Source: Rhodospirillales bacterium (GTDB taxonomy: Bacteria; Pseudomonadota; Alphaproteobacteria; Acetobacterales; Acetobacteraceae). From it: DNA of 56,108 nt. The number at the start of each line of letters is the position of its first letter. The stretch's first letter is position 1. The position numbers and the translations under genes are program-made. The notes under the pieces were generated by a model. That model was not told the DNA's origin, searched no databases, and saw nothing but the letters and a program-made list of their open reading frames with translations. Location of the stretch: the NCBI GenBank assembly GCA_043748985.1, contig JAYVEG010000301.1:1-56108 (forward strand), read 5' to 3'. Shown piece after piece: positions 1-7,782 of the stretch.

Positions 1-108
1 GAAGTCGGCCTCGCCCTCACCGCCACCTTCCACCAACAAGCCAACCTCATCCGCGCCATAGCCGGCTGCGACCTCCTCCCGCCCCAAACCTGGGAACGCG
101 CCGGCTAA
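1..108 (+). CDS. 3' end of an unidentified CDS (partial, enters from window edge)
   Basis: Frame +1 is open from base 1 to TAA at 106-108 (tail ...[25 protein letters not shown]). Third positions are GC-rich. No family recognised. Confidence 0.3.
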   Translation, partial: EVGLALTATFHQQANLIRAIAGCDLLPPQTWERAG

Positions 109-159
109 CCCCCACCCAAGGTCACCGCCAACCCGCCCCATCAGGGGCCGCACCCGATT

Positions 160-197
160 CTCCCGCTCCCTCTGGGAACAGGGCCGGGGTGAGGGTT
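160..197 (+). repeat. GC-rich REP-like hairpin repeat, copy A (degenerate)
   Basis: CTCCCGC...ACAGGGCCGGGGTGAGGGTTC shares a ~21-nt core (AGAGGGCCGGGGTGAGGGTTC-like) with the reverse complements of 29518-29555 and 34616-34660. It lies ~50 nt after the stop at 106-108. Confidence 0.5.
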
Positions 198-367
198 CGC
201 GTCAAAAGCACACGCCTCCCTTATGGAGGAACGACCGCCCCCCAAACGCCCCCCCAAACCGCACCCCTCCACCAATCGCCCCGGAATCATCCGCGGTTTC
301 CTTGACGTGCCCACCCACCCGGAGGCATGGTCTCGCCATCACCACCCGGGCCAGCAAAGACATACCG

Positions 368-700
368 ATGACGAAGTCCGAGCTGATCGCCGACCTTGCC
401 GCGGCCAACCCGCACCTGAACACCCGCGACGTCGAACTGATCGTGAGCACGATCTTCGACGAGATCACCGCAGCCCTCGCCCGCGGCTCGCGCGTCGAAC
501 TGCGTGGCTTCGGCGCCTTCACCGTCAAGCGCCGCGACGCCCGCACCGGCCGCAACCCCCGCACCGGCGAAGCCGTCCCCGTCGATGAAAAAGCCGTTCC
601 GTTCTTCAAGGCGGGCAAGGACCTGCGCGAGCGTGTCAACCGCGGCCCCGTCAAGCCCGGCGCCCGCACCACCCCGAGGACCGAGCGCGCCAGCGCCTGA
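368..700 (+). CDS. ihfB: integration host factor subunit beta
   Basis: From ORF 302-700, with the start moved to ATG 368 ([17 protein letters not shown]). [29 protein letters not shown] is the IHF/HU beta-arm signature. The ihfB/lapA-like/trpF order is typical of alphaproteobacteria. Confidence 0.9.
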   Translation: MTKSELIADLAAANPHLNTRDVELIVSTIFDEITAALARGSRVELRGFGAFTVKRRDARTGRNPRTGEAVPVDEKAVPFFKAGKDLRERVNRGPVKPGARTTPRTERASA

Positions 701-707
701 GGCTACC

Positions 708-1034
708 ATGATCATCCGTATTCTTATTTCCATCCCGCTCCTGATCATCCTGATCGCATTCGCCCTCTCTAACCAACAGCCGGTCACAGTGGGCATCTGG
801 CCGACCGACATCCAGCTCGTCGTGCCGCTCTCCGTCGCCGTCCTCATGGGTGCTGCCATCTTCTTCGTGATCGGCGCGCTCATGACCTGGACATCGGCCG
901 TCGGCGCCCGAACCCGCGCCCGCCGCGCAGAACGCCACGTCCGCGAGCTTCAGGGCCGCATCGCCTGGATGCGCCAGCAACAGGTCGAAGGGCTGCAGAC
1001 CGGCCGGGCCGTCGTTCTGGCGCCACCGGCCTGA
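708..1034 (+). CDS. LapA-domain (DUF1049) inner-membrane protein
   Basis: This is the in-frame ATG at 708 inside ORF 504-1034. MIIRILISIPLLIILIAFALSNQQPV and a second helix are followed by a basic coiled tail. Its position between ihfB and trpF fits the family. Confidence 0.75.
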   Translation: MIIRILISIPLLIILIAFALSNQQPVTVGIWPTDIQLVVPLSVAVLMGAAIFFVIGALMTWTSAVGARTRARRAERHVRELQGRIAWMRQQQVEGLQTGRAVVLAPPA

Positions 1035-1044
1035 GTTCACGCGC

Positions 1045-1671
1045 ATGATCGAGGTGAAGATCTGCGGCGTCCGTGACGCCGCGGCAGTCGATGCCGTGGC
1101 GGAAACCGGCGCCGAATGGGTCGGGTTCAACTTCTTCCCGCCCTCGCCCCGATACGTCACCCCTGCCGAGGCCGCCATCCTGGCCGCACGACACCCCCAT
1201 GGGCCGCGCCCGATTGCCCTCCTCGTCGATCCCAAGAATGACGACGTGGCCGCCATCCTCGACGCGATGCCGGTGGCCGCCCTGCAAATCCACGCCTCCG
1301 CGGCCCGTGCCGCCGAGATCCACTCCCGCTTCGGCGTCCCCGTCTGGCATGCCGTGGGCATAGCCGGTCCCGCGGACCTCCCTGAAGCGGCGCCGGGCAT
1401 CACCCGCCTGCTGCTGGACCGCAAGGCGCCCCAAGATGCCGAACTGCCCGGCGGTAACGCCCAATCCTTCGACTGGTCGGTGCTCAAAGGTTGGCACGCG
1501 CCGGCCCCCTGGCTGCTGGCCGGCGGCCTGACGCCCGATAACGTCGCCGATGCCATCCGCCAAACCGGTGCTGCCGCCGTGGACGTCTCGTCCGGCGTCG
1601 AGCGCGCCCGCGGCGTGAAAGACCCGGCGCTCATCCGCGCCTTCGTCGCAGCCGTCAGGCGCGCAATCTAG
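1045..1671 (+). CDS. trpF: phosphoribosylanthranilate isomerase
   Basis: 208 aa. MIEVKICGVRD...GAEWVGFNFFPPSPRYV and a C-terminal VDVSSGVE motif are typical of TrpF. Confidence 0.9.
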   Translation: MIEVKICGVRDAAAVDAVAETGAEWVGFNFFPPSPRYVTPAEAAILAARHPHGPRPIALLVDPKNDDVAAILDAMPVAALQIHASAARAAEIHSRFGVPVWHAVGIAGPADLPEAAPGITRLLLDRKAPQDAELPGGNAQSFDWSVLKGWHAPAPWLLAGGLTPDNVADAIRQTGAAAVDVSSGVERARGVKDPALIRAFVAAVRRAI

Positions 1672-2073
1672 CGAAGCTCAAAGCCTCGAAGCTGCCTCGA
1701 TGATAACGCCCCGCAACCATTCCCCCGCCGGTCCCGCGCCGTGTGCCCGGTACCACACCACCGATAATGCCACCGGCACCGTCTCACAGGGCGGTTCGAA
1801 AGCGCAGCCGGAACTGCTGTGCCAGCGCCCGGCCCACCCGCTCCGACACCAGGGCCGCCAGGTCGCTCTCGCCAGCTTCGACAACATCCCCGTCAGCCTG
1901 TTACTTCGCAATGCGGCGACGGACATGCTGCCCATCCGCTTGAGGCAGGACCCGGAGGGGCGGCTGGATGTCCATGCTGGTGATGGAGCGGCTGACAGAC
2001 CTTTCCAAGAGGATCGCGTGATCTCGACCATGCCCGGCGCGGACTGCACCGCACCGGGCCCGGAGTTTGTTGC

Positions 2074-2943
2074 ATGATCACCCTCGATGAACTTAATTCA
2101 TTGGATCACAGCGCCTTCGTGACGGCGCTGGGCGCCGTGTTCGAGCACAGCCCCTGGGTTGCCGAGCGCGCCGCCGCCAGCCGCCCCTTCGCCACCGTGA
2201 CGGCGTTGCACCAGGCCATGTTCAACAGCGTGAAGCAGGCCGACGACGCCACGCAGACGGCGTTCCTGAATGCCCACCCGGACCTGGCCGGCACGGCGGT
2301 GCTGGCGGAGCACTCGGCCAGCGAGCAGGCCGGCCTCGGCCTGGACCGGCTGCGCGGCGTGGCGGGGGCGCGGTTCGATGCCATGAACGCGGCCTATAGG
2401 GCCCGCTTCGGCATCCCCTTCATCATCTGCGTCCGTCGCCACACGCGGGCCTCCATTCTGCACAGCTTCGAACGCCGGCTGTCTGCCGCCCCGACGGACG
2501 AACGGGCCGCCGCACTCACCGAGATCTTCCGCATCACCCGGCTTCGAATCGTCGGCCTCGTCGACGGGCCCGGCATCCCGCGCACCGGGGGGGGTCTTTC
2601 CACCCACGTGCTCGACCACGCGCGGGGAAAACCTGCCGGCGGCGTGCTGGTCGAGTTGTTCGTGCTCGAGCCCCAGGGGCCCGAGCTGCTGGTCTCGGCC
2701 CTTACCGATGCCGACGGCCGCGTGCCTGGAGGCCTCATTGCGGATGGCCAGCCGCTTCGGATTGGGCAATACGAGGTCCGCTTTCATGTCGGCGCCTACT
2801 TCGCCCGGACGGAAGCAGTGGTCGCAGACCCCCCTTTCCTCGATGTCGTTCCCATCCGCATCGGCCTCGCCGAGGCGGAGGCGCATTACCATGTGCCGCT
2901 GCTGGTCACCCCATGGACCTATACGACCTATCGAGGGAGCTGA
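2074..2943 (+). CDS. bifunctional OHCU decarboxylase / 5-hydroxyisourate hydrolase (fused UraD-UraH, allantoin-synthase architecture)
   Basis: The N-terminal ~165 aa look like OHCU decarboxylase (LNSLDHSAFVTALGAVFEHSPWVAERA...AHPDL...FGIPFIICVR). The C-terminal ~115 aa look like a transthyretin-like HIUase (LSTHVLDHARGKPAGGV...HYHVPLLVTPWTYTTYRGS, ending in the YRGS tetrapeptide). Confidence 0.85.
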   Translation: MITLDELNSLDHSAFVTALGAVFEHSPWVAERAAASRPFATVTALHQAMFNSVKQADDATQTAFLNAHPDLAGTAVLAEHSASEQAGLGLDRLRGVAGARFDAMNAAYRARFGIPFIICVRRHTRASILHSFERRLSAAPTDERAAALTEIFRITRLRIVGLVDGPGIPRTGGGLSTHVLDHARGKPAGGVLVELFVLEPQGPELLVSALTDADGRVPGGLIADGQPLRIGQYEVRFHVGAYFARTEAVVADPPFLDVVPIRIGLAEAEAHYHVPLLVTPWTYTTYRGS

Positions 2944-3075
2944 ACCCGGTATCGACCCGGCTGATGCCCAGACCACCGTGTTGTGCCTTTCGGCTGTGGC
3001 ACGGTAGCGGTATCCCTCGCGCAACCGGGCCGGTTGCAGCCGCGTTCGGCGTTCAAGGGCATAGGGATCGAAACG

Positions 3076-4374
3076 ATGCAGCAGGATACCGCAACCGGGG
3101 ATGCCGTCATCGGCCTGTTCCTCCGGCGTGTCATGCCGCTGCTCGGGCTGATGTACCTGGTCGCCTATATCGACCGGCAGAACGTCAGCTTCGCTAAGCT
3201 CACTATGCTGAATGCGCTGCACATGTCCGAAACCGCATACGGCCTCGGCGCCAGCCTATTCTTCATCGGCTATTTCCTGTTCGAACTGCCCAGCAACCTC
3301 GTGCTCGGCCGCGTCGGGGCCCGGCGCTGGTTCGCGCGGATCATGATCAGCTGGGGCATCGTCACGATCCTGCTGGGCTACACCCAGAACGAGGCGATGT
3401 TCTACATCCTGCGTTTCCTGCTCGGCGCGTGCGAGGCCGGGTTCTTCCCCGGGGTGCTGTACCTGCTCACGGTCTGGGTGCCGTTCAGCCATCGGGCGCG
3501 CATGGTGGGCTGGTTCATGATCGCCAGCGTCGTCGCCAACGCGGTCGGCGCGCCGATCTGCGGCTCGCTGCTGGATCTCGACGGCGTGCTGGGCCTGCAG
3601 GGCTGGCAATGGGTGTTCATCGCCACCGGCGGCCCGGCCATCGTCATGGGGATCGTCTGCCTCTTCGCGCTGCCTGACGGCCCGAAAGACGCGACCTTCC
3701 TAAGCACCGCGCAGAAGACCTGGCTCCAGCAGACGATCGCGTCGGAAGATATGGCCGGCCACAAGACGGAGCACCACAACCCTCTCGCCGCCCTCACGGA
3801 TGGCCGCGTGCTTCTGCTGGCGCTGACGTATGTCGGATTTCCGCTGGCGGCCTATGGCCTCAGCTACTGGCTGCCGACGGTGGTGAAGGGTTTCGGCGTA
3901 ACCAACACCGTCAACGGCTTCATCAACATCCTGCCCTGGATCCTGACGGGCTTCGCGCTGTGGTGGCTGCCGCGCCACTCGGAGCAGGTGGGCGAAAAGA
4001 CCTGGCACATCGTGATCCCCGTCGCGATCGGCGCCCTGTGCCTGGTCGTCAGCGTGATCGTGCCCAGCAACCCCGTCCGCTTTGCCCTGCTGTGCATCGC
4101 AGCCGCCTGCATCTTCGCCGCCCAGCCGATCTTCTGGACCCTGCCCAGCAGCTTCCTCCGCGGTGCCAGCGCGGCGGCGGGGCTGGCCGTCATCAACTCC
4201 GTCGGCAATCTGGGTGGGTTCGTGGCGCAGAACGTGGTGCCCATGATCAAGGACGCGACCCACAGCGACCTGACGCCGATGTTCTTCCTCGCAGGCTGCC
4301 TCGCCTTCGCCGGCCTAATGATCTTCGTCGTCCAGGCCATGCTGGGGCGGGCACGGACGGTCCCTGCGGAATAG
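3076..4374 (+). CDS. MFS transporter, anion:cation symporter (ACS) family
   Basis: From ORF 2983-4374, with the start moved to ATG 3076 (MQQDTATG). It has the YIDRQNVSFAKL motif typical of ACS-type MFS (tartrate/allantoate-permease-like) and about 12 predicted hydrophobic helices. Confidence 0.85.
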   Translation: MQQDTATGDAVIGLFLRRVMPLLGLMYLVAYIDRQNVSFAKLTMLNALHMSETAYGLGASLFFIGYFLFELPSNLVLGRVGARRWFARIMISWGIVTILLGYTQNEAMFYILRFLLGACEAGFFPGVLYLLTVWVPFSHRARMVGWFMIASVVANAVGAPICGSLLDLDGVLGLQGWQWVFIATGGPAIVMGIVCLFALPDGPKDATFLSTAQKTWLQQTIASEDMAGHKTEHHNPLAALTDGRVLLLALTYVGFPLAAYGLSYWLPTVVKGFGVTNTVNGFINILPWILTGFALWWLPRHSEQVGEKTWHIVIPVAIGALCLVVSVIVPSNPVRFALLCIAAACIFAAQPIFWTLPSSFLRGASAAAGLAVINSVGNLGGFVAQNVVPMIKDATHSDLTPMFFLAGCLAFAGLMIFVVQAMLGRARTVPAE

Positions 4375-4480
4375 CGGTTGGGCTGGCACCCGACCCGGCG
4401 CTACATGTGACGGGCGCCTTCTTCACCGTGCCCCCCCAAGCCCTCCCAGCCGTAACCGCCGCTCTCGCACCGCTCCTCGG

Positions 4481-4508
4481 TTGAAACCAACCTCCCTCCG
4501 GAACATAT
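4481..4508 (+). promoter_or_regulatory. candidate sigma-32 (RpoH) heat-shock promoter of htpG
   Basis: TTGAAA (4481-4486), a 14-nt spacer, then GAACATAT (4501-4508), ~35 nt upstream of the htpG ATG. It resembles CTTGAAA-N13-15-CCCCATNT. The -10 match is partial. Confidence 0.4.
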
Positions 4509-4541
4509 CTCCGCCACTCACAACACCGGAGCGGCCCAGGA

Positions 4542-6380
4542 ATGAGCGAGACCATCACCCCCGAACGTCATGAGTTCAGCGCCGAGGTCGGCCGACTGCT
4601 CGACCTCGTGGTGCATTCGCTCTACTCGGACCGCGAGATCTTCCTCCGCGAGCTCGTTGCCAACGCAGCCGACGCCACCGACCGCCGCCGGTTCGAGGCC
4701 CTCACCGACCCGGCTCTCACCCCGCCCGAGAACGCCGCCATCCGCGTCGCCGCGGACAAAGAGGTGAAAACGATCACCATCACCGACGACGGCGTCGGCA
4801 TGAGCAAGGCGGAGCTGACCCAGAACCTCGGCACCATCGCCCGGTCGGGCACCCGCGCCTTCGGGCAGGAGGCGGCGAAATCCGGCGCCACGGACAAGCC
4901 CAGCCTGATCGGCCAGTTCGGCGTCGGCTTTTACGCCGCGTTCATGGTCGCCGACCGTGTCGAGGTCACCAGCCGCCGTGCAGGCTCCGAAGAAGCCTGG
5001 ACCTGGGCCAGCGAAGGCGGCGGCGCCTTCACCCTGGCCCCCGCCGACCGCGCCGAACCCGGCACCACCGTCGTCCTGCACGTGAAGGACGACGCCGACG
5101 AGTTCCTCGAGCCGGTCCGCCTGGAAACCATCATCCGCAAGTGGGCGGACCACATCACCGTGCCGATCCTGGTGGCCCAGGGCGGCGAGGAGGCGGACAA
5201 GGCGGCCAATGAGGGCACGGCCCTGTGGCGGAAGTCGAAGTCCGAGGTGACGCCCGAGCAGTACAAGGACTTCTACCGACACGTCGCCCACGCCTTCGAC
5301 GAGCCATGGTCGACCTTGCACTGGCGGGCAGAGGGCGCGCTGGAGTTCACCGCCCTGCTGTTCATCCCCGGCATGCCGCCGTTCGAGCCTGTCGAGGGCC
5401 CGCGCGAGAGCCGGGTGCGCCTGCACGTCCGCCGCATGTTCATCACCGACGAAGCCAATTTGCTGCCGCCCTGGGCCCGCTTCGTGCAGGGTGTCGTGGA
5501 TACCGAAGACCTGCCGCTGAACGTCAGCCGCGAGATGCTGCAGGCGACCCCAGTGCTGTCGAAGATCCGCAAGGCCGTGACAGGCCGGGTCATCAACGAG
5601 CTGAAGTCTCGTGCCAAGGACGCCGAGGACTACGGCAAGTTCATTGAGGCGTTCGGGCCCATTCTGAAGGAGGGCGTTTGGGACGACGCCGAATACCGCC
5701 AGGATCTGGCGCCGTTGCTACGGTTCAAGTCATCTTCCGTCGAGGGCTGGACCGGGCTCTCCGACTATGTGGAACGCATGAAGCCGGAGCAGGAGGCGAT
5801 CTACTTCCTGGCTGGTGACGACGCCGACGTGCTGGCGAAGTCCCCACAACTCGAGGGCTTCAAAGCCCGCGGCGTGGAGGTTCTGCTGTTGACCGACCAG
5901 GTCGACGCCTTCTGGCCCGAGCGGCTCGGCGCGTTCGAGGGTAAGTCGCTAAAGTCGGTGAGCCAGGGTGCGGCGGACCTGTCGAAGCTGTCGGCCGAGG
6001 CGCCGGAGGGCGAGGCCGTCGACGTCACGAAGCTGATCGAGGCGCTGAAGGCATCGCTGGGTGACGAGATCGGCGACGTTCGGACGACGGACAGACTCGT
6101 CGAGAGCGCCGTGGTGCTGGCCGCTGCCGGGTTCGGCCCGGATCTGCAGATGCAGCGCATCCTGAAGCGTCATGGGCGCCAGCAGTTCGCCATGCCGGCA
6201 ACGCTCGAGATCAATGCCCGGCACGCGTTGATCCGCCGGCTGGCAGAAAAGGCCGACGCTGGCGAGGACCTGGCCGACGCGGCGCATCTATTGCTGGACG
6301 TGGCACGGGTGCAGGACGGCGATCTCCCCTCCGACCCCGCTGCCTTCGCCCGCCGCGTTATCACGGCGCTATCCATCTGA
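4542..6380 (+). CDS. htpG: molecular chaperone HtpG (Hsp90)
   Basis: 612 aa. [36 protein letters not shown] and [15 protein letters not shown] are canonical Hsp90 N-domain motifs. Confidence 0.97.
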   Translation: MSETITPERHEFSAEVGRLLDLVVHSLYSDREIFLRELVANAADATDRRRFEALTDPALTPPENAAIRVAADKEVKTITITDDGVGMSKAELTQNLGTIARSGTRAFGQEAAKSGATDKPSLIGQFGVGFYAAFMVADRVEVTSRRAGSEEAWTWASEGGGAFTLAPADRAEPGTTVVLHVKDDADEFLEPVRLETIIRKWADHITVPILVAQGGEEADKAANEGTALWRKSKSEVTPEQYKDFYRHVAHAFDEPWSTLHWRAEGALEFTALLFIPGMPPFEPVEGPRESRVRLHVRRMFITDEANLLPPWARFVQGVVDTEDLPLNVSREMLQATPVLSKIRKAVTGRVINELKSRAKDAEDYGKFIEAFGPILKEGVWDDAEYRQDLAPLLRFKSSSVEGWTGLSDYVERMKPEQEAIYFLAGDDADVLAKSPQLEGFKARGVEVLLLTDQVDAFWPERLGAFEGKSLKSVSQGAADLSKLSAEAPEGEAVDVTKLIEALKASLGDEIGDVRTTDRLVESAVVLAAAGFGPDLQMQRILKRHGRQQFAMPATLEINARHALIRRLAEKADAGEDLADAAHLLLDVARVQDGDLPSDPAAFARRVITALSI

Positions 6381-6386
6381 CTGCCT

Positions 6387-6435
6387 CCGCCGTTCGGCGG
6401 TCATCGACGGGGAGAACCTGACCGGTCTCTCCCCG
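6387..6435. terminator. two tandem GC hairpins between convergent htpG and a small ORF / degT
   Basis: CCGCCG-TT-CGGCGG (6387-6400) and CGGGGAGA-N12-TCTCCCCG (6408-6435). No T-tract follows, so function is uncertain. Confidence 0.3.
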
Positions 6436-6443
6436 TCCGGGCG

Positions 6444-6611
6444 TTACTGGTGGGGTCCGGTCTCGGTATCGTACCGGTCGGAATTCGGCGATCCCGTCGG
6501 CTCCGCGTCCTCCGTGCCATCGGGGACGCCCGGGGTCGCGGTCCGTTCGGGATCGGGGTCTGCCGACGGCGCGGGCTCGGGCGGATTGGGCGGTTGCTTC
6601 GGCTGGGTCAT
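6444..6611 (-). CDS. hypothetical small acidic Pro-rich protein (55 aa)
   Basis: Not in the ORF track because it is under 60 aa. ATG at 6611 to TAA at 6444-6446: MTQPKQPPNPPEPAPSADPDPERTATPGVPDGTEDAEPTGSPNSDRYDTETGPHQ. GC3 is high. No family recognised. Confidence 0.3.
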   Translation of the reverse strand: MTQPKQPPNPPEPAPSADPDPERTATPGVPDGTEDAEPTGSPNSDRYDTETGPHQ

Positions 6612-6647
6612 TATACCCTAACAACGTGCGGCAGCCCGGGTTGCAGC

Positions 6648-7781
6648 CTAACCGGCCAGCGCCTCTGCCATGGCATCGCACACCCGCTCCGCGTCCGCAT
6701 CCGTAAGGTCCGGGTGGATCGGCAGCGCCATGATCCGCGTAGCCAGGTCCTCGCTGACCGGCAGGCTCGCGCCGTCATGATGCCCGGCATAGGCCGGCTG
6801 CTTATGAAGCGGCCGCGGGTAGTAGATGGCGCTGGGAACGCCGCGCGCCTTCAGCAGGTCCTGCACCCGGGTCCGCGCGGCTTCATCGGTCAGCAGCACC
6901 GCATAGATCGCCCAGGCGCTCGTGCTGTCCGGCACCCGCGCCGGCGTTTCGACCAGGTTGCCCAGCCGCCGGTCGTAGATCGCGGCGATCTCCTCCCGCC
7001 GCGCCAGCTCGTCGTCGAACACATCGAGCTTGGCCAGCAGCACGGCGGCCTGCATCGTGTCCAGCCGCCCGTTCATCCCCGTGCGCAGCACCTCGTAACG
7101 GGTCTTGCCCTCGCCGTGGGTGCGCAGCGAGCGAAACAGGTCCGCGCGGTCGGCGTCGTCTGTGAACAGCGCGCCGCCATCGCCGTACGCGCCGAGCGGC
7201 TTGCTGGGAAAGAAGCTGGTGGCCGTCGCCAAGGCCTGGGTGCCCAGCTTGGCGCCATGCAGCGATGCGCCGAAGCTTTGTGCCAGGTCGTCGATGGTGA
7301 ACAGGCCGTGGCGGGTGGCGATGGCGTTCAGCGCCGGCCAGTCCGCCGGCTGGCCGAACAGGTCGACGCCGACCAGGGCCCGGGGGCGCAGCTGCCCGGC
7401 GGACTTCACGGCGGCGATGCGAACCTCAAGGGCGCCGGGGTCGATCTGGAAGGTGCGGGAGTCCACGTCCACGAAGACCGGGGTGGCGCCCAGCACCAGC
7501 GGCACCTCGGCCGTCGCGGTATAGGTGAAGGCGGGCAGGAACACGGCGTCGCCGCGGCCGATGCCCTCGGCCATCATCGCGATCTGCAGCGCGTCCGTGC
7601 CGGAGCTGACGCCGACGCAATGCTTGGCCCCGCAATAGGCGGCAAGCCTGGCTTCGAGCTCGGCCACCTCCGGGCCCAATACGAACTGGCAATGCGCCAG
7701 CACCGCGTCGATCCGCGGCTTCAGGTTGCCAGCCAGCCGGGCCTGTTGCGCCTTGAGGTCCAGAAAGGGAATGGGCTGCAT
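6648..7781 (-). CDS. DegT/DnrJ/EryC1/StrS-family sugar aminotransferase (PLP-dependent)
   Basis: From ORF 6648-7871, with the start moved to ATG 7781 (MQPIPFLDLKAQQARL...). VLGPEVAELE...GVSSGTDALQIA and FFPSKPLGAYGDGGA are typical. The start lies 1 nt after the stop of the upstream capD-like gene. Confidence 0.9.
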   Translation of the reverse strand: MQPIPFLDLKAQQARLAGNLKPRIDAVLAHCQFVLGPEVAELEARLAAYCGAKHCVGVSSGTDALQIAMMAEGIGRGDAVFLPAFTYTATAEVPLVLGATPVFVDVDSRTFQIDPGALEVRIAAVKSAGQLRPRALVGVDLFGQPADWPALNAIATRHGLFTIDDLAQSFGASLHGAKLGTQALATATSFFPSKPLGAYGDGGALFTDDADRADLFRSLRTHGEGKTRYEVLRTGMNGRLDTMQAAVLLAKLDVFDDELARREEIAAIYDRRLGNLVETPARVPDSTSAWAIYAVLLTDEAARTRVQDLLKARGVPSAIYYPRPLHKQPAYAGHHDGASLPVSEDLATRIMALPIHPDLTDADAERVCDAMAEALAG

Positions 7782-7782
7782 C

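Noticed and set aside
1790-1806. GGTTCGAA T-loop-like motifs (here and at ~54931) as possible tRNA genes.
   Set aside because: The flanking bases do not form a T-stem, and no acceptor or anticodon arms can be drawn. The second motif is inside a well-supported CDS.
2976-3004. The hairpin CCGTGTTGTGCC-tttc-GGCTGTGGCACGG between the uraD-uraH gene and the MFS gene as a terminator.
   Set aside because: The stem relies on several G-U pairs and a bulge, and no T-tract follows. The two genes may well be co-transcribed, so it is too weak to call.
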